From an uncultured bacterium (GTDB lineage Bacteria; Muiribacteriota; Ozemobacteria; Ozemobacterales; Ozemobacteraceae): a stretch of DNA of 64,000 bases. The notes under the pieces were generated by a model that had not been told where the DNA came from, made no database searches, and saw nothing but the letters and a program-made list of their open reading frames with translations. How positions within the stretch are numbered: the first letter of the stretch is position 1; each line of letters begins with the position of its first letter. The stretch spans positions 5,576-69,575 of the forward strand of contig CAZQUE010000014.1 in the NCBI GenBank assembly GCA_964596185.1, read 5' to 3'. Below are positions 36,907 through 47,070 of the stretch, piece after piece. The translations under genes were made by a program, and so were the position numbers.

Positions 36907-38283
36907 TCAGGCTGCCTGCTGCTTTTTACACTCAGGAATTCTATTTAGGATTTTTTTACAGATTTGATTGATGTCGCGCGCGCCCATTACCAGAACCATG
37001 TCGCCACTTTGAGCTTCACAGGCAATTCTTTCCGTAAGTTGATCCCGGTCAGAAATGTGCCAGGCATTTGGGAAACGCTGGCGAACCTCGGCAATGATGT
37101 CGGCTGATGAAATGTTCTTGTTGGCAGTGCCGCCGCCATAAAAAATATCATCGAGAAAGAGATATTCATCATTTTGCAATTTGCTGAAAACTTCGACAAG
37201 TTCGTTGCGGGTAAAACTTGTGGGACCATAGCCGTGTGGCTGGTATACAATGAATCTTCGGTGCGATGATTTGCGGGCAGTCTTAATTGCAGCTTCAATC
37301 TCAACCGGATTATGGGCAAAATCGTCGATTATGGTCACCCCAGCCACATTTCCTACCAATTCAAACCTTCTTTTCATTCCTGGAAAAGATTTGACCGCTT
37401 CGGCAATTTCGCTGAGCTGCAAGCCGGCATTTTCGGCTATGACAATTGCTGCAAGAGTATTGAGAACGTTATGTTCGCCCGGTAGTCTGATTTCAAATTC
37501 AGTGCCGGCATAGGTAAAGCGTGCCAGATTGTGATCTATTCTGACATTTTCTGCGAAATAGTCACAGTCTGATGAAAGGCCGTAGGTTTTCACTTCGTGC
37601 GGACATTTCTGCTTCAGGAGCATACAGTTCAAGTCGTTGCCGCAAACGAGCCTGAATGAATCGGTATTGTTCAGGAAGCTGGCGAAAAGGTCGAATAATT
37701 CATCGAGGTCTTTATGATCGCGAGATATGTTGGTTACTACGGAAATAGAGGGCTTGTATTTGACGATCGATCCGTCTGACTCATCGGCCTCGATGATGAA
37801 ATGTGGCCCGATACCTTTGAAAGCGTTGGTCTCAAGCCCGGAAATTATTCCGCCCACCGCACATGATGGTTCTTTCCCGGCATATTTGAATATCCAGGCT
37901 ACCAGGCCTGTAGTAGTTGTTTTGCCGGCAGTGCCGCCTATCGCTATGCCCTGTTTGGCGTTGAACATCATTGCCAGTAAATCTGAACGCATGATTTGTT
38001 CAAGGCCGAGCTCCTGTGCGGCCAAAATATCGGGCACATGGTCTTCAACTGCTGTTGATTTAACAATCTTGAATTCTGAAGGTTTCAAAACGGCGTCTTT
38101 GCAGAACGCAGCCGGTCCGCTTCCGTCCTGAGGATAAATTTTGACCCCGATTTCAATCAGTCTGCGGCAATAGTCTCCGTCAAGATTTCGATCCGACCCG
38201 GCAACTTTGAAGCCAGAATTGTGCAGAATTTTGGCCAGCCCACTCATGCCCATGCCGCCGATTCCGACGAAAAATGCGTTCAT
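36907..38283 (-). CDS. murC: UDP-N-acetylmuramate--L-alanine ligase
   Basis: FVGIGGMGMSGLA, GGTAGKTTTT, EADESDGS, TNISRDH, GEHNVLN, GMKRRFE, DDFAHNP, YQPH; GGAGG SD. Confidence 0.88.
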   Translation of the reverse strand: MNAFFVGIGGMGMSGLAKILHNSGFKVAGSDRNLDGDYCRRLIEIGVKIYPQDGSGPAAFCKDAVLKPSEFKIVKSTAVEDHVPDILAAQELGLEQIMRSDLLAMMFNAKQGIAIGGTAGKTTTTGLVAWIFKYAGKEPSCAVGGIISGLETNAFKGIGPHFIIEADESDGSIVKYKPSISVVTNISRDHKDLDELFDLFASFLNNTDSFRLVCGNDLNCMLLKQKCPHEVKTYGLSSDCDYFAENVRIDHNLARFTYAGTEFEIRLPGEHNVLNTLAAIVIAENAGLQLSEIAEAVKSFPGMKRRFELVGNVAGVTIIDDFAHNPVEIEAAIKTARKSSHRRFIVYQPHGYGPTSFTRNELVEVFSKLQNDEYLFLDDIFYGGGTANKNISSADIIAEVRQRFPNAWHISDRDQLTERIACEAQSGDMVLVMGARDINQICKKILNRIPECKKQQAA

Positions 38284-38373
38284 TTTAATGCCTCCAGTAG
38301 ATAGGGGAAAATTTTGTTTCTTTAATAGTTATCGTCAGAAAGCTTGTATGTTCTTAATTTTGGCAGATTTACG

Positions 38374-39885
38374 CTATTTCTCGTTCTTTTGGCAAAGCAT
38401 CCAGGACGTGTCGGCATTTATCGGAAACTCCTTTATTGGCCTGTAATCAATGCCATGAATGTTGACCGATCCTTTGTGCCGGCGATAACCAAGGGCATAG
38501 ATGTTGAAACTGTCTTCAATAAAGTATTGCGGGGCAATTTTTTGCCAAAGATCTTTAAGCTTCACATCATTGGGGTTGTTGAAAGGTTCACCGTTCTCCT
38601 TTATAAGAAGTGCGACCTGGCGATGCGGCAGGCCGTACTTGTAATCAAAAACCTTTCTTTGCCCATAATAAGTCAGGCAGCCGATCCTTCTCGTAGCAAT
38701 GACTGAATTCGCGGGAACATTCTGGGCAATCCATTGTGCTGGTTTTACCAGAGGTAATGAATTGGCAACGTAATGAGGATACATTTTCGCTGTTTCAGGT
38801 CTAAGCAGAAAAATGCTTTCTGCAGCCGAAATTGTCGCAAGCAGAGCAATAATTGTCAGTAGAAATTTTTGGGTTGTTTTGAATGAAAATTTAAACAGGC
38901 AGATAACCTGGTGAATGCCTTCAATAAGCAGCCAGTAACAGAATGGTAAATATGGGGCAAAATATCTGGCGTTTCCGGTCCAGTCTGCTCGGGCATATAC
39001 CGCAAAAAAAAATGCGGTAATGGCAATGCTCAGGCACAGAGCTGCATCTTTTTGCCTGTTTTGTCGCCAGAGACGATAAAAACCCGCGATAACCAGGCCA
39101 ATTGCCGGAAATCCGGCAAAGATAAAGTAAACATTTTTGGTTTGCCCTAATCCAGTTAACAATGAGGCTAAACTATGCCAAAAGGCCCGTAAACTACCGG
39201 GTTTGGCGACAAATGTGTTTGGCACCAGGGCGTCGAAATACCAGAAACGCAAGAGTTGTTGCAAAACGATCAGAATTGCCAGCCAAGAGATTGTTTTTCC
39301 CACCTGCTTTAAATCGATTAACCGGCCCGCAAGAAGGAACAGCAAAAACAAGGGAAGAACAATAATAGTCTCTGGCCTTACCGAAAAGACCAACGCTGCC
39401 AGTATTGCAGCAATGGAAAGACTTTTTCGGTTGCTAAAATAAATTATTGCAGCTAGAAGCGTGAAACAAAGGCTGGTTTCCATTCCGGTAAACGAATAGT
39501 AAAGAAACTCAAATGAACAAAGGCTGCAGATTATAATTCCCGAAACAATTATCTTTTGGCTGTCTTCTCTGCAGGCTCTGTGAATAGAGATCCACAAAAG
39601 GTAAAGACCTACGGGTACCAGAACAAAGCCAGAAAGTTTGGCGGCAAAGGTCGGCGAAGTTAAAAATGCCAGAGGCATTAGAAAAACAAGCCAACCGATA
39701 TTGGTAACGCACTCAACCTGCTCGCCGGCATTTAAAAAGAAACCCCGGCCATCAATAAAATTTCGCAAACATGAAAAACCGATGTAGGCATCGTCGACAA
39801 AACTGTCTCGAACCAGCCAGAAAAATATGCCGAACCAGAGTCCGGCCAAAATCAATACGAGAAATTGGATGCGGGAAATAGGCAT
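38374..39885 (-). CDS. Polytopic membrane glycosyltransferase-like protein (GT-C fold)
   Basis: DDAYIGF...RNFIDGRG...GEQVE first-loop motif; GMETSL; RPE; ARYFAPYLP; many TM helices. Confidence 0.7.
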   Translation of the reverse strand: MPISRIQFLVLILAGLWFGIFFWLVRDSFVDDAYIGFSCLRNFIDGRGFFLNAGEQVECVTNIGWLVFLMPLAFLTSPTFAAKLSGFVLVPVGLYLLWISIHRACREDSQKIIVSGIIICSLCSFEFLYYSFTGMETSLCFTLLAAIIYFSNRKSLSIAAILAALVFSVRPETIIVLPLFLLFLLAGRLIDLKQVGKTISWLAILIVLQQLLRFWYFDALVPNTFVAKPGSLRAFWHSLASLLTGLGQTKNVYFIFAGFPAIGLVIAGFYRLWRQNRQKDAALCLSIAITAFFFAVYARADWTGNARYFAPYLPFCYWLLIEGIHQVICLFKFSFKTTQKFLLTIIALLATISAAESIFLLRPETAKMYPHYVANSLPLVKPAQWIAQNVPANSVIATRRIGCLTYYGQRKVFDYKYGLPHRQVALLIKENGEPFNNPNDVKLKDLWQKIAPQYFIEDSFNIYALGYRRHKGSVNIHGIDYRPIKEFPINADTSWMLCQKNEK

Positions 39886-39931
39886 AATTAAGATATGCTA
39901 ACTGCAAAGGGGCGAAAAAGTAAAATTCTGA

Positions 39932-40546
39932 TCAGGGCTCTGTCGTAAAGGCAAAATCACGACTCAGGCTGATGGTCGAATCCAGGCTGTAGCGACTGGC
40001 AGCAATGCGAAAATGATAAGTGGTGGCTGGTTGCAAATCATACAACTGAATGCGATGACTGGTTTTCAATTCAGTGTCAGCGTAACTCGCCATGCCGTAA
40101 ACTTCACTTGTCCCGTATTCTACGTGCCCGTCCGATTCGATGTCGGTTTCCCATTCAATTATTGCTGAATCAGCATAAATCATTGGCACGGAAACAGATG
40201 TTACGCGGGGGATCGGAATCATGTCAACGTCAGTAACCACCAGGGTAAGGTTGTTTTCTATCAATAATTCTCGTTTGATAACGATCAGCTCGCCTTTACT
40301 ATTTTGCATGAGAAGCTGATAACGACCTGCCGGCAAATTTGCCGAAAACCTGCCGGAAGCATCGGCGTTAACGGCAGTTTCCCCGCTAGAGCCTCTGAGG
40401 ATAAAAGAAGCATTTGCGAACTGTGGAAGTTCGGCAGCGACCATGCCACCATTGATCTCTGACTCTGAACTGTTCAGGCATCCGGAAAAGGCCGCCATAC
40501 CAATCAGGCAAATCATTATCATTATGAATTTTTTTTCTGTTCTCAT
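39932..40546 (-). CDS. Lipoprotein with carboxypeptidase-regulatory-like and FN3 domains
   Basis: Lipobox FSG-C; DASGRFSANLPAGRY; SAIIEWETD...VEYG...LQPATTYHFRI. Confidence 0.75.
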   Translation of the reverse strand: MRTEKKFIMIMICLIGMAAFSGCLNSSESEINGGMVAAELPQFANASFILRGSSGETAVNADASGRFSANLPAGRYQLLMQNSKGELIVIKRELLIENNLTLVVTDVDMIPIPRVTSVSVPMIYADSAIIEWETDIESDGHVEYGTSEVYGMASYADTELKTSHRIQLYDLQPATTYHFRIAASRYSLDSTISLSRDFAFTTEP

Positions 40547-42204
40547 CAGAATTGCTCACCTGCTGCTTTAACTGTAACTTTGGTCGCGGTAATTTCTCCG
40601 AAACCATTTTTGGAAAATTTAAGATCATATTCGCCCGGAGGAACGTTGTAAAACCTGTATTCACCCATTGAGTCGGTAGTTGTGGTGAAACGGGTTCCCT
40701 GTATCGTCACCCGGGCACCGGAAATTGGAGAACTGGTGCGCTCATCGACGACTCTGCCGCTTAGCAGACCCATGCGCAGGTCGATTGCTACCTTCAATCG
40801 TGCGAAAAATAAACCGGAAACCTTGCTCGACAAACGCCAGTAACCATCTTCCCAGGCAATGGTGAAGATGTCGCTGCCACGATCTTCGTAACGGTAGTTC
40901 CAGTTTGCGGTAAGGGCAGAAAGGCGGTAGTTGAGATGAATTTTTATCTTCCCATCTTGAAACTCATATCTGAAAGGATGAAGAGATAGTCTGACATCCC
41001 GGTAACGACGTAGATTGTCTTCAGACATTTTCAGAAAATCGAAATAGGTATTGCCGAGCCAGTCTTGATAGTCTCGAGAAACGTGATCGCGTAACCAGAC
41101 ATGATCGCGGCGATTCATCGCTTGAACCATTTCGGCGCAATACTTTCGGGCTATTTCTTTGCGACTTCGCTGATTATGAACCGTGAACCCAGCCTTGAAA
41201 ATTCTGACCTTGCGGCCAAGAGAGTCTACTGAATGAATTGCACAGAGAAAACCAGGAATCGACGGAACGGGAAAAACGACTTCATGATAGCCTTCGGCTC
41301 CTTCCCGAACTGCATAAGCCAGGTTTTTGCCAAGATAAAATTCGAATCTATCGTGTGGACCCGGATAAGGAGTGATTTTGAACTGCAGATGAATAGTGTT
41401 TACCATTTTCTCCTGTCCGGAATCGACTTCATAATAACCTTTTTCGTTGACCCGGAGATTGCTGATGAACTGATCGTTTATTTTTACCTGGTCGATGGCA
41501 AAGGGAATTTCCAGAGAAGTCTGAGCATGCAGATCGCTGAAGCGATTCAGCCAGCTGGAAAACCTTCTGAAAGAATGATATTCCGACTGCGGATCAAACA
41601 TTGCCAGGGGTTTTTCGCTGCCATCGGCAAGAATTTCGAGAAAGTAGCTCTCGGGTACAACCTGGGCTTCTGAATTGCCGCTTAGTCGGCAGGCTGCCTG
41701 ACCTTTGACTGCCTTGATTATTTCGTGATTGTCATTGCTTTGAATAGATGTTTCACCGTGATTCACCACTGTGTTGCTGTGTTTGCCTTCAATTTCTATC
41801 AGGCCCGAATCTCTGGCTGAAATCATCAATGTTGCCTTGAAGAGTTGCAGACTTAGTTGTGGCAGCTGTTGCGGATGAACCGTAAATCTGATGCCGGATT
41901 TAGGTTTTACCATGATCAGATTGTCTGCTGACCAGGCTAGCACCGCGTAACCATGGTTGCCGGTTCGCAGAGAATCTCCGTGTAAAAGTGTCTGATGCTG
42001 CTCGACACGATGCCAGGCGTTTTCGTTAAAGCTGCGATAATAGACTGGGCCATCACAAAAAATAACCGTAAGCTGTTGTTCGACATAGCCGTGCTGTGAC
42101 AGGCGTGCCAGGCGGTTTGTATCTTCTTTTGCCAGCAAAGTGCAGTTGAAATTCAAAAATACGCTGAACAAAATAAAGAAGGTTGTCAGAAATGTCTTTT
42201 TCAT
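40546..42204 (-). CDS. Exported multidomain protein: FecR-like, NTF2-like and carboxypeptidase-regulatory-like domains
   Basis: LLHGDSLRTGNHGYAVL (FecR-like); AMNRRDH...WEDGYWRL (NTF2-like); GRVVDERTSSPISGARV...TTTDSMGEYRFYNVPPGEY. Confidence 0.7.
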   Translation of the reverse strand: MKKTFLTTFFILFSVFLNFNCTLLAKEDTNRLARLSQHGYVEQQLTVIFCDGPVYYRSFNENAWHRVEQHQTLLHGDSLRTGNHGYAVLAWSADNLIMVKPKSGIRFTVHPQQLPQLSLQLFKATLMISARDSGLIEIEGKHSNTVVNHGETSIQSNDNHEIIKAVKGQAACRLSGNSEAQVVPESYFLEILADGSEKPLAMFDPQSEYHSFRRFSSWLNRFSDLHAQTSLEIPFAIDQVKINDQFISNLRVNEKGYYEVDSGQEKMVNTIHLQFKITPYPGPHDRFEFYLGKNLAYAVREGAEGYHEVVFPVPSIPGFLCAIHSVDSLGRKVRIFKAGFTVHNQRSRKEIARKYCAEMVQAMNRRDHVWLRDHVSRDYQDWLGNTYFDFLKMSEDNLRRYRDVRLSLHPFRYEFQDGKIKIHLNYRLSALTANWNYRYEDRGSDIFTIAWEDGYWRLSSKVSGLFFARLKVAIDLRMGLLSGRVVDERTSSPISGARVTIQGTRFTTTTDSMGEYRFYNVPPGEYDLKFSKNGFGEITATKVTVKAAGEQF

Positions 42205-44075
42205 TAGAAAGCCCTCAAATACCGCAGTCTTGCGGTATAATCGTCATAATCAAGGTTTGCATTACCAAAACTGCTGCGATTACCTTCAAGATCCAGCGTC
42301 AGTCGTGCTGAATGGCTATACTCGCGGGTAATGAACATGTTAACCCGGTCATGTTTCGAATCAAGGCCGACCATGGTCGGATCGATTTCTTCTCGTTGGT
42401 AGTCGAGACCGACGAAAATATCGTTGTGGAATCTGGAACGTCCGCCAAACCCGAATATTGCCGTCTGATCCATGCCGCCAGCCCTTTTATAGCTGAGTTT
42501 CTCCAGACTGTATGAACTGTAGACCCGGCGGAATCTGTCGTATTCCCAGGTCAGGCTGAAGTCAAACTTCTGAATATCCCGGTCATTTAAGACGTTCACG
42601 TCGTCTTTGTCGATGGTCTGGCTTAAATTGGCCTGATAATGCATTTGACCGGCCCGATGATTGATTTCTACCCACATCAGGTCGACGAAGCGATCCATGA
42701 AACCTGAATTTTCCGAATATTCATGCAATGGTTGATAAAAGAAGTCTATGCGCAAATCCTTGTAATATTCGCTTGGTTTGAAGGTAACCTGTAGCTCTGG
42801 CTGATCTCTGACGATTGTCGAACGCTGGTAATTGGCAATATTATCGCGGGAATTGCGTTGGCTGAACCTGGTGCTGATATACTGATTCAGCTCATAATAA
42901 AAGCGCGCGAAATAGGCTCTTTCGTCACGAGGCGACTGGCCTAGAGGAGAAATGAAAGCAGTGTCTGCGCTTTCAATTCCGGCTTCGAAGCGAGCGTTCT
43001 CCCGTTCATAACCTGCTTTCAATCGATAAGCATCGCCTTTTTGCTCGCCCTGGTTGTCGGATTTGTCGAAGTCGGTGTCGCTTTGAGCGATTTCGGTATC
43101 TATATAGATGTTTTCGGTTGGTTTGATTCTGATATCCATTGAATAAACACGGTTAGCCATTGCCGGCAGATCAAAATTCGCCGCGGCATTGTCGCGTTCA
43201 TCTTCGGTGCCTACCAGATTCAATCCGATTCGCAGTGATTCATCGCGGGAATGTTCGAGGCGCACGCCGCCAACATAGCGCGGATTTTTCAGATCATCTT
43301 TTTCAAGAGCATAGTAACCGGCGAAACCGCTAAGCTTTGTGTATTCGTATTCCTGAACGCCATAAAGACCAAGCATGCTCTGGGTCATTGAAAAATCAGA
43401 CATTTCCGGAAAAGCATGCCCGGCTACCAGTCTTGATCTCTGAGTCCGTGAATCAACGGTGATCTGGTTCAAGGTAAAACCGTTGCGATATGGTCTCCGG
43501 TCATTGGTATAGGTTGTGTCGAGGTTAAGGGCTATCGAATCGCCGTCCTGGCGAGAGGAAAAAAGCTCATAGCGAAGGTTTTCTTCGTAGAATTCACCCT
43601 GATCACGGGAAGACATCGCTTCGTTACCATCGACTCTGGTGACATAAAAGCTTGTGTCGGTATAAAGGTTAGAACTGAAAAGGCGATCTTCTTCCCATTC
43701 GTTCATGTCATATCGGTGCTCAGGTCTGGTATCGATTATGGGTATGCTCTGGCTGACCGGCGGCGGGCGCTGCTCGGAAGCGGGTACAAATACCTGGCGA
43801 TGCGGATTCATGTTGGCTACGAATCTTGGGTCTTCTGCGGTTGCGACGGCAATTGGCACGGCTACGGCAGGATAATGGCCGGTTGGAGAAAGTTCAGGAA
43901 TTGCCAGAGGATTGAAATAGGCAATATCATTGCTGGAAGAAAGACTTGCCGAACGCTGTCCAAGTTGCTGGCGGCGTTCGGTTTCATTTTGCTTTTTGCT
44001 GGCGGTAAACCCGTTTCCGATCAGAATCAGAAACGCCGCCAGAATCAGCAGTGTTGTTCTGGCGGAGCGGTTCAT
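42204..44075 (-). CDS. Putative outer-membrane beta-barrel protein
   Basis: Signal peptide, Pro-rich linker, amphipathic strand patterns, C-terminal YTARLRYLRAF ending in Phe. Confidence 0.7.
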   Translation of the reverse strand: MNRSARTTLLILAAFLILIGNGFTASKKQNETERRQQLGQRSASLSSSNDIAYFNPLAIPELSPTGHYPAVAVPIAVATAEDPRFVANMNPHRQVFVPASEQRPPPVSQSIPIIDTRPEHRYDMNEWEEDRLFSSNLYTDTSFYVTRVDGNEAMSSRDQGEFYEENLRYELFSSRQDGDSIALNLDTTYTNDRRPYRNGFTLNQITVDSRTQRSRLVAGHAFPEMSDFSMTQSMLGLYGVQEYEYTKLSGFAGYYALEKDDLKNPRYVGGVRLEHSRDESLRIGLNLVGTEDERDNAAANFDLPAMANRVYSMDIRIKPTENIYIDTEIAQSDTDFDKSDNQGEQKGDAYRLKAGYERENARFEAGIESADTAFISPLGQSPRDERAYFARFYYELNQYISTRFSQRNSRDNIANYQRSTIVRDQPELQVTFKPSEYYKDLRIDFFYQPLHEYSENSGFMDRFVDLMWVEINHRAGQMHYQANLSQTIDKDDVNVLNDRDIQKFDFSLTWEYDRFRRVYSSYSLEKLSYKRAGGMDQTAIFGFGGRSRFHNDIFVGLDYQREEIDPTMVGLDSKHDRVNMFITREYSHSARLTLDLEGNRSSFGNANLDYDDYTARLRYLRAF

Positions 44076-44113
44076 CTATGCCTTTTCTTGATCAATGGCT
44101 TTTCCTGTAAAAA

Positions 44114-45937
44114 CTAGTTCAGGTAAGTAAGGGGATTCAAGGTTTTCCCATTTTTCCTCACTTCGAAGTGCAGATGATTGCCTGTAGCAACTCCAGTGGC
44201 ACCTACTCTGGCGACCAGTTGGCCCTGTTTGACCTGCTGGCCTTTTTTGACCAGAATTGAACTGCAGTGGGCATATCTGGTGGAATATCCGTTGCTGTGA
44301 CTTATGATTACCAGTTTGCCATAGCCAGAGCGCCGACCGGCATAGATCACCTTGCCACTCATGGCAGCTTTGATTGGTGAGCCTTTGGGAGCGGCGATGT
44401 CGATTCCGGCATGGAAGAGTCTTTTGCGGTAGACCGGGTGATTGCGCCAGCCATAACGATCTGAAAGTCGGCCTCTTGCCGGCATTTTCATAAATTTGCT
44501 ACTTCTGGATGAGGCTTTGGCAATTGAATACTGCTTTTTATCTGCAGGAACCTTGAGGGTCTGCCCGGCTTTAACCAGAGTGCTTTCGAGGTCGTTTTCG
44601 GTAATGATTGCTTTGATAGTGGTGCGATATTTTCTGGCGATTACTGAAAGAGATTCGCCTTTTCTAACTTTATGGCTGACAATGGTAATTTCTTTGTCTG
44701 ATTTTTGTGAAGGGGCCTGAACTACTCGGTAGAGCTTCTTGTCAGGGCTTATTTTCAGCTGCTCGCCGACTTTGAGCAGGTTAGAATTCAGCTTGTTTTC
44801 AGTTTTGATCTGGGCAACGGTGGTGTTGTAGCGGTGGGCTATCTTGAGCAGATTGTCGCCTTTTTTAACTGTATAAACCAGAGATTCAACTTTTTCATCT
44901 TTAGATTCTGCAGTGATTTTCTTCTCTTCAACGGCTGTTGAAGAGGCCGACAATTTGGTCTGTTCAGCTTTAGCAGGTTCAGAAACCTGAGCTGTCTTTA
45001 CCGAAGCTTTTACCGGTTCTACTTTTACATTGGCTGCGGCAACCTGGGTTGTCTTTGTCTGCGAAGACTTGGCACTGATCGTTGGTGGAGCCTTGAGCAG
45101 TTCTTTTTCGATGAATTTAATATCAGGTTTTACTGCCGGGGCCTGGGCCATCTGGATGCGATTCATTTTTACCGTTTCAAATCTGGGTTTGCTGGCAACC
45201 AGGGCTGGTTTTTCGTCGTCGATTTTGCTGAGGCGCTGTTCGACTTTCTTAATTGTTTCCCGGTTGCTGATCAGCTTGAGTTCGCGATCGATCTTTTTGA
45301 CCGGAATGCGCAACTGCTGGTCGGCCTTGAGAACATGAGATTTCAAAGAGTTGTGGGCGATCAGATTGGACAGAGGGACTCTGAATTTACTGGCAATTTT
45401 GGAAAGAGAATCGCCGGATTTTACCCGATAGGTCATTTCGCTGTTTGGCAGGGGGACCTTAATGGTTTCGCCGGCTTTAATCACATGCTTGCTTTCAAGC
45501 TCATTAACTTTTCTGATTACATCGGTTTCAGCGCCAAAGAGAGTTGCAATATGTGAAAGAGAGTCGCCCGGCTGAATTGCGTATTCGATGAATACTTTTT
45601 CTGACTTGCCTGAGGCGGCAACGAAAGGAGCGGCAACTTCATTTTCGACCTTTTCGATCTTTTTGATTTCAGGAGCAGGAATCGCGGCAAGTTTTTGAGA
45701 AATAGCCGGTGTGGATTTTTCGGCCATTTTAAGAGCGGCTGGAACTTTTTTGCAGCTGGCTTCAGCCACTTTAAAGGTCTGGATGAATGAATTATTTTGA
45801 AATGGGCTTTCAATTGCAAAAGCGGTGTCGCTTTCACGATTGATGAATCTGTCGATAGCGATGGCTGAAGTTTCCAAAGCCACGATCGTCAGCAGTATCA
45901 GGACTGAATAATGCCTTGCTCTTAGATTATTCCACAC
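44114..45937 (-). CDS. LysM-repeat (four) M23-family peptidoglycan endopeptidase
   Basis: Four Y/HxV(K/Q)xGDxLxxIA-type repeats; HAGIDIAA and HLHFE zinc motifs; GTG start after AAGGAG. Confidence 0.92.
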   Translation of the reverse strand: MWNNLRARHYSVLILLTIVALETSAIAIDRFINRESDTAFAIESPFQNNSFIQTFKVAEASCKKVPAALKMAEKSTPAISQKLAAIPAPEIKKIEKVENEVAAPFVAASGKSEKVFIEYAIQPGDSLSHIATLFGAETDVIRKVNELESKHVIKAGETIKVPLPNSEMTYRVKSGDSLSKIASKFRVPLSNLIAHNSLKSHVLKADQQLRIPVKKIDRELKLISNRETIKKVEQRLSKIDDEKPALVASKPRFETVKMNRIQMAQAPAVKPDIKFIEKELLKAPPTISAKSSQTKTTQVAAANVKVEPVKASVKTAQVSEPAKAEQTKLSASSTAVEEKKITAESKDEKVESLVYTVKKGDNLLKIAHRYNTTVAQIKTENKLNSNLLKVGEQLKISPDKKLYRVVQAPSQKSDKEITIVSHKVRKGESLSVIARKYRTTIKAIITENDLESTLVKAGQTLKVPADKKQYSIAKASSRSSKFMKMPARGRLSDRYGWRNHPVYRKRLFHAGIDIAAPKGSPIKAAMSGKVIYAGRRSGYGKLVIISHSNGYSTRYAHCSSILVKKGQQVKQGQLVARVGATGVATGNHLHFEVRKNGKTLNPLTYLN

Positions 45938-46028
45938 ATTGCGCTCCTTGCATTTTCCGTCAGACCGGAGGTTGTTTTATTTGCCGGAAAAATCATCCAT
46001 GATCTTTCGCTTTAATTCCGTAGTAAGT

Positions 46029-46057
46029 AAATCGACAATTACGAGCGCTCAGTTTAG
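46029..46057 (-). promoter_or_regulatory. Putative sigma28 promoter for the LysM-M23 gene
   Basis: CTAAA-N16-GTCGATTT on the minus strand. Confidence 0.4.
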
Positions 46058-46182
46058 TGAAAAGATAAAAAAAGAAGTTTTTTTGAAATTGTTAATGGAC
46101 TGGTCAAGGCAATTATGATATTGTTTGAACCTGAGCTGCACTGTAATAGCAGGCAGTACAACTTTTATCGGAGAGATTAACC

Positions 46183-46638
46183 TTGAGTAAGAAGCCACCC
46201 GAACTCACCTGGCAGGATAAGGCAATTCTTATTGCCATACCGATAGTCGTTTTCACCATATTCATTCTGGCCAATTATTTCAGTCAGGATCTTACGGTAA
46301 TGAGTGCTTTTGAACAGCAGTTACCCAAAGCACAGGTTCGCGACGGCGGTCACATTGTAAAGATTTATCCGCAGACCGCAACTGATACGGTTAGTTGCCG
46401 CCTTAAAAGTCGCGAAGCCAATTTTGAATATGATTTCGTCTACAATGTTACCGGTTCTGAGACTATGCGCTTAGAACTTGGCCGTCTGGTGCAGTTTTTT
46501 GGTGAATACACTTATGACCAGAAGGGTGGCAAGGTTGATGCGCCGTTCAAAGGCAAATCAGGCCGTCTTACCGGCTGGGCGATATATGAAAACCATCGTT
46601 TTACTCCGAAAGAAGAGGAAGATCAGGGCGGACTCTGA
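46183..46638 (+). CDS. Membrane-anchored DUF3465-like (OB-fold-like) protein
   Basis: N-terminal TM; LVQFFGEYTYDQKGGKV and terminal GWAIYENHRF resemble DUF3465 motifs; GGAG SD with TTG start. Confidence 0.55.
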   Translation: MSKKPPELTWQDKAILIAIPIVVFTIFILANYFSQDLTVMSAFEQQLPKAQVRDGGHIVKIYPQTATDTVSCRLKSREANFEYDFVYNVTGSETMRLELGRLVQFFGEYTYDQKGGKVDAPFKGKSGRLTGWAIYENHRFTPKEEEDQGGL

Positions 46639-46639
46639 T

Positions 46640-47035
46640 TCATGGTCCTGAAACTATTTCAAGACTGACCTGAGCCAGCCCCGCGGTTTTCATGCCAAGT
46701 TCATCGGCGGCTCTCTCGGAAAGGTCGATGATTCTTCCCTCAACAAAGGGGCCTCGGTCGTTTATTTTTACTCTTACCTTGCGCCCATTTTCGAGGTTGG
46801 TAACTTCGACCCAGGTTTGAAAAGCAAGTTCTCGATGTGCCGCAGTCATGGCGTTACGATCGAATGGTTCGCCTGAGGCTGTAGGTTTTCCCTGATACTC
46901 AGCCCCATACCAGGAAGCAATTCCGGTTTGAAATGAGCCTACTGGTGCATTAACCTGTGAGTCTCCTGAGCCTGAAGAACAGCCGCTGACAAAAAGGGAT
47001 AGGATTACTATTATTAGCAGAGTTGTCTTTTTCAT
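46640..47035 (-). CDS. rlpA: Septal ring lytic transglycosylase RlpA-family lipoprotein
   Basis: Lipobox VSG-C; GIASWYG, TASGEPFD, TAAH, VKINDRGPF, RIIDLS. Confidence 0.92.
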   Translation of the reverse strand: MKKTTLLIIVILSLFVSGCSSGSGDSQVNAPVGSFQTGIASWYGAEYQGKPTASGEPFDRNAMTAAHRELAFQTWVEVTNLENGRKVRVKINDRGPFVEGRIIDLSERAADELGMKTAGLAQVSLEIVSGP

Positions 47036-47043
47036 GGCTGCTG

Positions 47044-47070
47044 GTATCGACAGCTTGCCGATCTTTGTTA
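47044..47070 (-). promoter_or_regulatory. Putative sigma28 promoter for rlpA
   Basis: TAAC-N15-GTCGATAC on the minus strand, ending 8 nt before the ATG. Confidence 0.4.
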
